Of a DNA stretch of 64,000 nucleotides, positions 48,982 to 56,740 are shown one piece after another. The notes below the pieces were generated by a model. That model ran no database searches and was not told where the DNA came from. It saw nothing but the letters and a program-made list of their open reading frames with translations. Location of the stretch: positions 32,001 to 96,000 of IMG/VR virus record IMGVR_UViG_3300010334_006426; one strand, written 5' to 3'. Each line of letters begins with the position of its first letter. Within the stretch, counting starts at the first letter, position 1. The DNA is from a virus. The translations under genes were made by a program, and so were the position numbers.

Positions 48982-50978
48982 GTAATTTTCTATACCATAA
49001 CAAATACCACAGGACCATACACCACACATTACCTACTCCAGGCATACCAGATAGTGCGACGGATCCAATAGCATCTAAAACAGACCCGTTCTTAGGGACG
49101 TTTCATAATTTTATTGATGTAATGAATTTAGATACAATACCTATTGATGTAAGGTATTTGCTAACTTTTGATGACAATTATATTACTAATTTTAACAATT
49201 TGTCTGTTAATACTCTTGATAGTATATTTTTAAATCTAACTGCATCAGCTTATGGTAATAGCTACGACTGGTACAGAGTCAGGACTTTAATACAAAATTT
49301 AAGCAGTGATTATAATTTGTATCCGCTTTTTAAAGACCATGTTAATAGTTTAAGCGGTGAATGGAGCTTAGGATTTAATTTTTACACAAATTTATCCGCA
49401 ACAAGCTCTAGATATGAATCTGTATATTCTTTAGTTAATTATAATAGCGCAAGCTGGCCATTTATTGATACTACACTGAGAACAGATTTAGTACAAGAAA
49501 ATACTAGAAGTAAAAATTTTGCTATGGTAAATATCTCAACACCAGATACAAATATTTATTGGGATCTTTCCTCGCAACAAGTAGCTTTTGTAAGTCTATC
49601 TGCAAATTCTGTATTAAAAAACATATTAAACCCTGCCACTAAGAAAAAAGGCGGTGAATATTATTTGGTTATACAGCAAGATGGCTATGGGTCAAAAATA
49701 TTAACTTTTGAAAGTGATTATAAATTTTTATGCTCAGATCTTGCCCCTGTTATATCACAACGTTTTGTTTCATTTTCTAGTAAGGAAGTTTGGACTTCTG
49801 TATTTTATGGTAGCGGTTGTTGGGTAGCTGTACCCTATAACTCTTTTAAGGCCTCTAAATCTCGAGACGGAATAACCTGGGTAGGTACTCCTTTACCCGC
49901 AGTAAGAAATTGGAGATCAATAGTATTTGGTGTTAGTGCATGGGTAGCAGTTGCCGATTCTTCTTCGGTTGGTGCTAGGTCTATAGATAGTGGCAATCTA
50001 TGGTCAAATACTTTTTTACCAACTAAAAGACAATGGACATCTGTAGGTTTTGGTAAAAATACTTTTGTAGCTGTTGCATCAGCTTCTGATAAAGGTGCAA
50101 AATCGATTGATTTTGGTAAAACTTGGACTGAAATTACATTACCTTATGTTTTACCGTGGAGCTCAGTAAAATATGGTGACGGGGTATGGGTTGCAGTGGC
50201 TGGTGGCGGGGTAGCCGGTGACACATTAACTGATCTTGGCGCTATTTCTTACGATAATGGTAACACTTGGGCTTCCTTCAATTTACCTAGTTCGCGTATG
50301 TGGTCTGATGTTGCTTATGGCGAGGATTACTGGGTAGCTGTAGCAAAAAATTCTAATATAGTTGCATTATCATCGAGATTAGAGGGCGATGGCTGGTTTG
50401 ATCATGTTATAACTAATGCTTCAGTGAGCGGCTTTTCTTCTGTTGCACATGGTAATGATACTTTTGTTGCGACAAGCTTAGAGCCATCGCAAGCAATACT
50501 TTATTCAACAGATAGTAAAATATGGACTATTAATAATACAGTACGAAAGACTTTATTCGATGTAAATTATGGCGGGTCGAGTCTTCAAGGCAGTTTTATA
50601 GCAGTAGGCGGTGACCAAGGTAGTACAATATTTAAATCTGCAAGTAGCAGTTATACAAATTACAAAATAGATGCAATAGATACACCTATTACGGCTACAG
50701 GTGTATTAACAGCAGCATTAGGTGTAACTGTTATAAAGTTTATTTGTGACGGTATAAACTTATACGGTATTCCTAGTATTTATTACGTATCTAGAGGTCC
50801 TGTATGGACTTATTTCGCTGGACCTGGTATTATTTTAGTTTCTAACCCAACTGATTTGTTTGTTGATGAGGGGTTAATACCCGTTGGTGGCGTTACTACT
50901 GCAGGATCAGTTGTTGTAGATGAAGGATTTTCGGACGGCGGCGGAATTTTAATTTTGTCCGGTACCCCTATACCATAA
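48978..50978 (+). CDS. Fibre-like protein with His-rich N-terminus and inserted BNR/Asp-box propeller
   Basis: Repeated W.SV.YG...WVAV and S.D.G.TW units. Confidence 0.7.
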   Translation: MSNFLYHNKYHRTIHHTLPTPGIPDSATDPIASKTDPFLGTFHNFIDVMNLDTIPIDVRYLLTFDDNYITNFNNLSVNTLDSIFLNLTASAYGNSYDWYRVRTLIQNLSSDYNLYPLFKDHVNSLSGEWSLGFNFYTNLSATSSRYESVYSLVNYNSASWPFIDTTLRTDLVQENTRSKNFAMVNISTPDTNIYWDLSSQQVAFVSLSANSVLKNILNPATKKKGGEYYLVIQQDGYGSKILTFESDYKFLCSDLAPVISQRFVSFSSKEVWTSVFYGSGCWVAVPYNSFKASKSRDGITWVGTPLPAVRNWRSIVFGVSAWVAVADSSSVGARSIDSGNLWSNTFLPTKRQWTSVGFGKNTFVAVASASDKGAKSIDFGKTWTEITLPYVLPWSSVKYGDGVWVAVAGGGVAGDTLTDLGAISYDNGNTWASFNLPSSRMWSDVAYGEDYWVAVAKNSNIVALSSRLEGDGWFDHVITNASVSGFSSVAHGNDTFVATSLEPSQAILYSTDSKIWTINNTVRKTLFDVNYGGSSLQGSFIAVGGDQGSTIFKSASSSYTNYKIDAIDTPITATGVLTAALGVTVIKFICDGINLYGIPSIYYVSRGPVWTYFAGPGIILVSNPTDLFVDEGLIPVGGVTTAGSVVVDEGFSDGGGILILSGTPIP

Positions 50979-50985
50979 ATAATAT

Positions 50986-51972
50986 ATGAATTGTAGTACT
51001 GTTGAACCTGTAAGTGCATTTTACAGCACAAATCTACAATCCAAGATACAAAGTTATGAAAGATTAGGAGAAAGAATTTGTCGCGCACTCGGTGCTCCTC
51101 TTATTAATTTAGAAATACATGCGGATCAGTTAAATGAATTTATAAGCATAGCATGTGAAATGTTTACTAAGTATGCCGGTTATACGCAAGAGTTTTTAGT
51201 TTTTGATAGCTCCTTATATGAAGAGGGCAAAGGATTAAGACTAGATGTACTATTTAGCTTGACCAAGGATTTTAATTTTAGAGCAAAGCTTAAGAACGTT
51301 TCTAGTGATATTAAATCTCTTTACAACGTTGGAAGAATGGTAATAGGAGATGCAGCTAATCCTTATCTATATCAAGTTTTTGATGAAACTAAACCGAATG
51401 AATTAGAGTTATTAAACAGCTACGATTATTTAATTGACGACTATAGACGAGTGGTTGATGTTTTGGATTTTGAAGAAGGTAGTACAACAGGTGTTAATAC
51501 ATTATTCACGATTGAGCAGTCTTTAGCTCAGCAAACTTATTTTAGCTATTCTCTTGGCAACTACGGGTTCGATTTAGTTAGTTGGTATGTCCTAAAGCAA
51601 TGGTTAGATACGCGCGAAAAAGTTCTTGCGCTCAGAAGGGATGTAAGGTTTGACCCACGCACACAATACTTACAATTATTTCCTGAACCAAGAAATACTA
51701 GATTTTGGGGCATTGTTACTTGTTATGTAGAAAGGCCTCTTGTAGATGTAATTAAAGAGCAATGGGTTTATCAGTATGCGCTTGCTCTTACTAAAATAGC
51801 GATAGGTACTGTTAGAGGAAAATATCAAAACACAACCTTATTTGGTGGTGGTACAATTAATGCAGCTATATTAGAAGACGGTAAAGTGGAAAAAATTGAA
51901 TTGGAGAAAAAACTTTACGAAAGTGCACCGGGTCTTGGTGATGCACCTCCACCAGACTTTTTCGTTGGTTAA
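50986..51972 (+). CDS. 13: gp13-like neck protein (head-tail adaptor)
   Basis: RALGAPLINLEI..DQL, WVYQYALAL.K...G..RGKY, GG.IN, C-terminal FFVG. Confidence 0.85.
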   Translation: MNCSTVEPVSAFYSTNLQSKIQSYERLGERICRALGAPLINLEIHADQLNEFISIACEMFTKYAGYTQEFLVFDSSLYEEGKGLRLDVLFSLTKDFNFRAKLKNVSSDIKSLYNVGRMVIGDAANPYLYQVFDETKPNELELLNSYDYLIDDYRRVVDVLDFEEGSTTGVNTLFTIEQSLAQQTYFSYSLGNYGFDLVSWYVLKQWLDTREKVLALRRDVRFDPRTQYLQLFPEPRNTRFWGIVTCYVERPLVDVIKEQWVYQYALALTKIAIGTVRGKYQNTTLFGGGTINAAILEDGKVEKIELEKKLYESAPGLGDAPPPDFFVG

Positions 51973-51977
51973 ATAAA

Positions 51978-52433
51978 TTGAAACTTACTATAAAAAATAA
52001 CAAATATGTACAAGGTATCTTCAAGCCTACACATATGGAAAAATATAAAGGACATGATTTACCTAGATACTTGAGTAGCTGGGAATTAAAGCTTTTTAGA
52101 TGGTGTGATACTAACCCAAATGTTGTCGAATGGGGCAGTGAAAGTATTGTAATACCGTATGAGAGTCCTATCGACAAAAAAATTCATAGATATATAGTAG
52201 ATGCTATAATAAAGCTAAAAACATCGGAGGGGTTGAAAAAATATTTAATAGAGGTAAAACCTTATAAACAAACAATAGAACCGCAGAATACACCAGGTAA
52301 AATGAAGAAGACTCTACTATATGAGCAATTAACTTTTATTCAAAATAAAGCAAAGTGGGAAGCTGCTAAAAATTTTGCTAAGAAACATGGCTTCGAATTT
52401 ACAATTCTTACGGAAAAAGAGCTTAGAAAATAA
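51978..52433 (+). CDS. 4: gp4-like head completion nuclease (TnsA-like)
   Basis: G.FKP...KYKG, SSWE, WCD.NP.V..W.SE, IPY, HRY..D, IEVKP..QT, NKAKW.AA, LTE. Confidence 0.9.
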   Translation: MKLTIKNNKYVQGIFKPTHMEKYKGHDLPRYLSSWELKLFRWCDTNPNVVEWGSESIVIPYESPIDKKIHRYIVDAIIKLKTSEGLKKYLIEVKPYKQTIEPQNTPGKMKKTLLYEQLTFIQNKAKWEAAKNFAKKHGFEFTILTEKELRK

Positions 52434-52456
52434 ACTACTAAATAATAAATATATAC

Positions 52457-53131
52457 ATGGCCTTAAGACTATTAGTAGAAACTCCTGCTTCTGAAGATCA
52501 ATACGAATACGTAATTGAGGAAAAAAGCGGTAATCAGCCCAGCACAATGTACATTAAGGGCCCATATATGCAGTGTGAAGAGGTTAACAAAAATAAAAGA
52601 ATTTACGATTCTAGCGAAATGGATAAGGAGGTTAATAGGTATATAAATGAAATGGTTAGAACTAATAGATCGATGGGGGAATTAAATCATCCTACCGCCG
52701 CTGAGGTTAACTTAGAGCGCGCCTGCCATCTTGTTACTGAATTAAATCGCTCTGGTAATGTTTATTATGGTAAGTCTAAAGTCTTAACAACTCCAATGGG
52801 ACAAATTGTACGTAGTTTAGTTAATGATGGTGTCAAAGTGGGAATGAGTTCTAGAGCGCTAGGTAAATTAGAAGAGGCAGGTAATGGGGTTAATAGAGTA
52901 AAAGAGTTTAGATTAGTGGCAGTGGATTGTGTTGCAGATCCAAGTTTTCCCAAAGCATTTGTTAATGGGATCTTAGAATCCAAACAATTTGTTGCAACCC
53001 AAGATGGTAGATTTGAAGAATATTATGATTCATTTTCAGATAACCTACGTAATTTACCTAGAAAAGATGTAGAAGGGTATTTAAAAGAACAAATTTTGGA
53101 GTTTTTTAACAAAATAAGTAAAGTACTATGA
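52457..53131 (+). CDS. 21: Prohead protease (gp21)
   Basis: NKNKRIY, GELNHP, TPMGQIV, GMSSRALG, D.VADPS. Confidence 0.93.
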   Translation: MALRLLVETPASEDQYEYVIEEKSGNQPSTMYIKGPYMQCEEVNKNKRIYDSSEMDKEVNRYINEMVRTNRSMGELNHPTAAEVNLERACHLVTELNRSGNVYYGKSKVLTTPMGQIVRSLVNDGVKVGMSSRALGKLEEAGNGVNRVKEFRLVAVDCVADPSFPKAFVNGILESKQFVATQDGRFEEYYDSFSDNLRNLPRKDVEGYLKEQILEFFNKISKVL

Positions 53132-53478
53132 GTATGTCTCCGATAGCTGTTGTAGCTAGAATAGCTACTGAACCTGTAGAAAAGAGTTTAGATCAGAAAT
53201 TGGCTAATAAAATAAAAGATGAAGTAGTTACTAAATCTGAAGAATGTTATGAAGACGAGACTGGTAATGTAAGAATGTGTAAAAAATGTGAGCAAAAATC
53301 CAGGAATTTTGTAGGTAACTATAATAAATATAATATGCAAGAAAGAGTAAATTTAGTCAATTTTTTAAAGCAATTAAATGAAAAAAATTATGCCGAGGCA
53401 CATAAATATTTAAAGAAAGTTATGGAATCTAAACTCGCAAATCGTATTGCTAAGAACAAGAATGTGAGGTTGTTCTAA
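53128..53478 (+). CDS. Small prohead core-like protein; likely 47 aa product from internal ATG 53335
   Basis: TAAATA 53325-53330 lies 4 nt before an in-frame ATG (MQERVNLVNFLKQL..). Confidence 0.55.
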   Translation: MSMSPIAVVARIATEPVEKSLDQKLANKIKDEVVTKSEECYEDETGNVRMCKKCEQKSRNFVGNYNKYNMQERVNLVNFLKQLNEKNYAEAHKYLKKVMESKLANRIAKNKNVRLF

Positions 53479-53479
53479 T

Positions 53480-54355
53480 ATGGCTAAGGATATCAAAGCA
53501 ATTTTAAAGGAAGCAACCCAAGATCTTCTCTCTGAGGAAGTTCTTAAGGAGATAGAAAATGCTTTTAATACGGCTATCAGTGAAAAAGTCCAAATTCACG
53601 TGACAAAAGCTCTTACGGAACAAGATGAAGATTATAGTAAAAAGCTAGAGCATCTACTAGCCGCTATTGATGCTGATCATACATCTAAACTAGAAAAAGT
53701 TGTTGAAGCTATTGATTCAAATCATTCTGAAAAATTAAAAGCTATCGTTTCAAAGTATAGTGATGCTCTCAATAAAGAGGCTAAATCATTCAAGAATTCT
53801 ACAATCGATAATATTAGCACTTATCTAGAAGCTTATCTAGATGAGGTTATTCCTGCTAGTGAAGTTAAGGATGCAGTTAAGAATCGTAAGGCTCTAGAAG
53901 TTCTAGACCAACTGAGATCAATTTTGGGCATTGATGCTGCCCTAGCGAAAGAAAGTATTCGCGAAGCCATTAGAGATGGAAAGCGTCAAATACAAGAAGC
54001 TTCTGAGAAGCTTGAAGCCGCTAATAAAGAATTAGCTAAGACAAAAGCAGAACTTGCCGCTAGATCCGCTGAACTTACTCTTGAGAAAAAGACAGTTGGC
54101 TTAGCAACTCGCAAGAAGGATTATATCAATAAGGTAATGAAGAATAAGGATTCGCAATTCATTACTGAAAATATTGATTATGCTTTAAGCTTATTTGATA
54201 AGACAGAAAAAGAGCGGCTTCAAAACATTAAAGAGGAAGCAGTACAGGAGGCAACGGCAGCTAGGGTTGACCGTCCTGTAATTGAGGAAAGCACGGAAAC
54301 ATCTGTAACAGAAGTTCAGATGAACCCTTACCTCAAAGAGCTTTCTAAATACTAA
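53480..54355 (+). CDS. 22: Prohead scaffolding protein (gp22)
   Basis: Coiled-coil E/K-rich protein directly before the MCP; C-terminal MNPYL..L. Confidence 0.85.
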   Translation: MAKDIKAILKEATQDLLSEEVLKEIENAFNTAISEKVQIHVTKALTEQDEDYSKKLEHLLAAIDADHTSKLEKVVEAIDSNHSEKLKAIVSKYSDALNKEAKSFKNSTIDNISTYLEAYLDEVIPASEVKDAVKNRKALEVLDQLRSILGIDAALAKESIREAIRDGKRQIQEASEKLEAANKELAKTKAELAARSAELTLEKKTVGLATRKKDYINKVMKNKDSQFITENIDYALSLFDKTEKERLQNIKEEAVQEATAARVDRPVIEESTETSVTEVQMNPYLKELSKY

Positions 54356-54431
54356 TTTTAAAGAGGCTATTGCCTGAATATATAATGTAGAAATTTTTTC
54401 TACAGGTCGAAATATTAAGGAGAACAAATAC

Positions 54432-55901
54432 ATGAAATCAATCAGACCTACACAGTCTTACATTGATGAGACTCGCGCTCAAGCGTTGCTCGAAAAGTGG
54501 AAACCAGTTCTAGATTATACCTCTGATAACGTTAAGGCTATCAATGACGATCATACTCGTTTGAATACTGCCATGCTCTTGGAAAACCAAGAAGCCTGGT
54601 GTGTTAACGAGGCGAACGTTGCTGGTGGTACTTCCAGCGTTTTCGGTGGCGTTAATGCCGGTGCCTACGGTGGCGTCGGTGGTAACGTTCCAGGAGGTGG
54701 ATCTGACTGGTACGCTTCTGGCGATGCCCGTTTGCCCAAGATTCTCATTCCAATGATTCGTCGTACGTTCCCTGAGTTAATCACCAATGAAATCGTCGGC
54801 GTACAGCCCATGGGTGGTCCAGTTGGACTTGCCTTTGCTCTACGCTACAAGTATGCAGCTAATGCTCTTGGTTATGATGCAGCTGGCACAGGCCTTGATG
54901 CTTCCCTCGGAAGTAATCTAAGCAACCCTCAAGCCGCTGCTAATGGCAAAGAGCTTGGTTATCAGTACCTTGACACTCGCTACACTGGCACATCCAGCGC
55001 TCGCCTCTCCGGCGGCGACGGGGTAGCTGCCAGTCTGTTCCCATTCGTGGGGGCAGATACAGGCGTTGCACAGCTTCTAAGCAATTTCGAATTGACGAGT
55101 AAAATTCCTCAAATCGAAGTTAGCTTTGAAAAGACAGCTGTCGAGGCTGGTACACGCAGATTAGCCGCACGCTGGTCGGTTGAACTCGAACAGGATCTAA
55201 AGAACATGAACGGTATTGATATCGATACTGAGCTCACAAACGCTATGTCTTATGAGCTACAGGCCGAAATCGACCGTGAAATGATTGTTCGTATGATCCA
55301 AGTCTCTCTCAACGCTGGTCTCGGCACAGGCTACTCCGTATGGAGCCCTGCTTCCGCAGACGGTCGTTGGTTGGTAGAGCGCAATCGCGACTTCTATCAG
55401 AGACTAATTATCGAGGCCAATCGTATCGCGGTCCGTAATCGTCGTGGTGCTGCCAACTTTATTGTTGCCACACCTCGCGTTTGCGCGATCCTCGAGATGC
55501 TACCTGAGTTTCAATGGGTACCAGTTCAAGGCAATGTCAACACTCAACCTGTTGGCGTAGCTAAGGTTGGTAACCTTGGTGGCAGATTCAACGTTTATCG
55601 TGACACACGCACAGAAGCCCAATTTGAGGGTGGTCAGCGTCTAGGTCAGAAGCGCGTTGAGTATGCTCTACTCGGGTACAAGGGTCCAGAGTTTTATGAC
55701 ACTGGTATCATCTACTGCCCTTACATCCCTGTAATGGTACAGAGAACCATTGGTCCTAATGACTTCTCACCCCGTGTTGGCTTGCTAACACGTTACGGTG
55801 TTGTTGACAATATCTTTGGTGCTAATCTCTATTATCACACAATCCTATTGTCCGGACTTGGCGAAGCGTTTACACCTGCTGGTGCTAACGTTTACTTCTA
55901 A
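54432..55901 (+). CDS. 23: Major capsid protein (gp23)
   Basis: LLEKW.PVL, LLENQ, GVQPM.GP.GL.FALR, ELEQDLK, EIDRE, YCPYIP, F.P..G..TRYG; AAGGAG SD; GC-richer codon use. Confidence 0.97.
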   Translation: MKSIRPTQSYIDETRAQALLEKWKPVLDYTSDNVKAINDDHTRLNTAMLLENQEAWCVNEANVAGGTSSVFGGVNAGAYGGVGGNVPGGGSDWYASGDARLPKILIPMIRRTFPELITNEIVGVQPMGGPVGLAFALRYKYAANALGYDAAGTGLDASLGSNLSNPQAAANGKELGYQYLDTRYTGTSSARLSGGDGVAASLFPFVGADTGVAQLLSNFELTSKIPQIEVSFEKTAVEAGTRRLAARWSVELEQDLKNMNGIDIDTELTNAMSYELQAEIDREMIVRMIQVSLNAGLGTGYSVWSPASADGRWLVERNRDFYQRLIIEANRIAVRNRRGAANFIVATPRVCAILEMLPEFQWVPVQGNVNTQPVGVAKVGNLGGRFNVYRDTRTEAQFEGGQRLGQKRVEYALLGYKGPEFYDTGIIYCPYIPVMVQRTIGPNDFSPRVGLLTRYGVVDNIFGANLYYHTILLSGLGEAFTPAGANVYF

Positions 55902-55950
55902 GCGAATCTAAAAAGAAAACTTTCACCTGGTACGTCCCAGGATATTTTAA

Positions 55951-55982
55951 AGAGGGGTCACTTAGTGGCCCCTCTTTTTTTT
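55951..55982 (+). terminator. Rho-independent terminator after gp23
   Basis: AGAGGGGTCAC-TTA-GTGGCCCCTCT followed by a T-tract. Confidence 0.88.
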
Positions 55983-56013
55983 GTATTAATATATAAAAAA
56001 ATCTGAATAGTTT

Positions 56014-56595
56014 TTAAATGAGGTTACCCACAACTAAAACTCTACCTGATAACCTCGTATAAGCATTTGTTCCGGTAGAGTCTACTCTAAACCATAATTT
56101 ATTTTGCGGAGATGCATTATTTCCATTTACAATTTGTTTTCCATTTGAAGCTGCAACGCTGCCACTCTCTCTATAATATCTACCCGGTGTAATTAAATTA
56201 GAGGGAGCTGTTAATGTAAGCTGATTTGTAACCTGGTTTATTGCATCTGTGTTTGTATCATGCCTATATATTCTAAATGTTGGCAAGCTTGTGTCACTAC
56301 TAACATTACCTCCAGAAACACCATCTATAATAATAATAAAACCATTAGCTATAAATGTTTTACCTGCAGGAACTGTATATACTAACTGAGCAGATGAAGT
56401 ATTAAGAAAATTAATTGCGCTTAAAGTTGTTACCCCTACAGCTATTGTACTAGAAATTGTTGTGGCTGGGTCAGGTATAATACTTGATATAGCTTTAACT
56501 GTTGTATATACACTGTTCCAATTAGCACTATTAGCTTTAACTGTTGTGTTAACACTAACCAATTCTGGTAAGTATGTAAAATAGGGATTAATCAT
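56014..56595 (-). CDS. Small fibre-associated protein
   Basis: NSANWNSVYTTV repeat, YTVPAGKT motif. Confidence 0.7.
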   Translation of the reverse strand: MINPYFTYLPELVSVNTTVKANSANWNSVYTTVKAISSIIPDPATTISSTIAVGVTTLSAINFLNTSSAQLVYTVPAGKTFIANGFIIIIDGVSGGNVSSDTSLPTFRIYRHDTNTDAINQVTNQLTLTAPSNLITPGRYYRESGSVAASNGKQIVNGNNASPQNKLWFRVDSTGTNAYTRLSGRVLVVGNLI

Positions 56596-56729
56596 AAATT
56601 ACAAGGAAATTTGGGGACGCCCCTCATCACGCAACTACCCTTAGGTAGATCATTTCGATTGGAATGTCTGCTTACAGCCATTTTTGTACCCGGGACTGTC
56701 CCCAAATTGCCTCCTTTCTTTATGTTCAT
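56592..56729 (-). CDS. 45 aa small ORF overlapping a structured element (not in ORF track)
   Basis: MNIKKGGNLGTVPGTKMAVSRHSNRNDLPKGSCVMRGVPKFPCNL; TAAATT 4 nt upstream; ATGA coupling to the next gene. Confidence 0.45.
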   Translation of the reverse strand: MNIKKGGNLGTVPGTKMAVSRHSNRNDLPKGSCVMRGVPKFPCNL

Positions 56730-56740
56730 ACTTAATTTAT

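Noticed and set aside
51978-52433. Tn7-like transposon (TnsA-like nuclease)
   Set aside because: Motifs and position between gp13 and gp21 fit the T4 gp4 head completion protein; no TnsB/TnsC
56608-56708. Hammerhead ribozyme (GUGAUGA and CGAAA on the minus strand)
   Set aside because: Core reads GUGAUGA rather than CUGAnGA, and no stem III can form after GAAA
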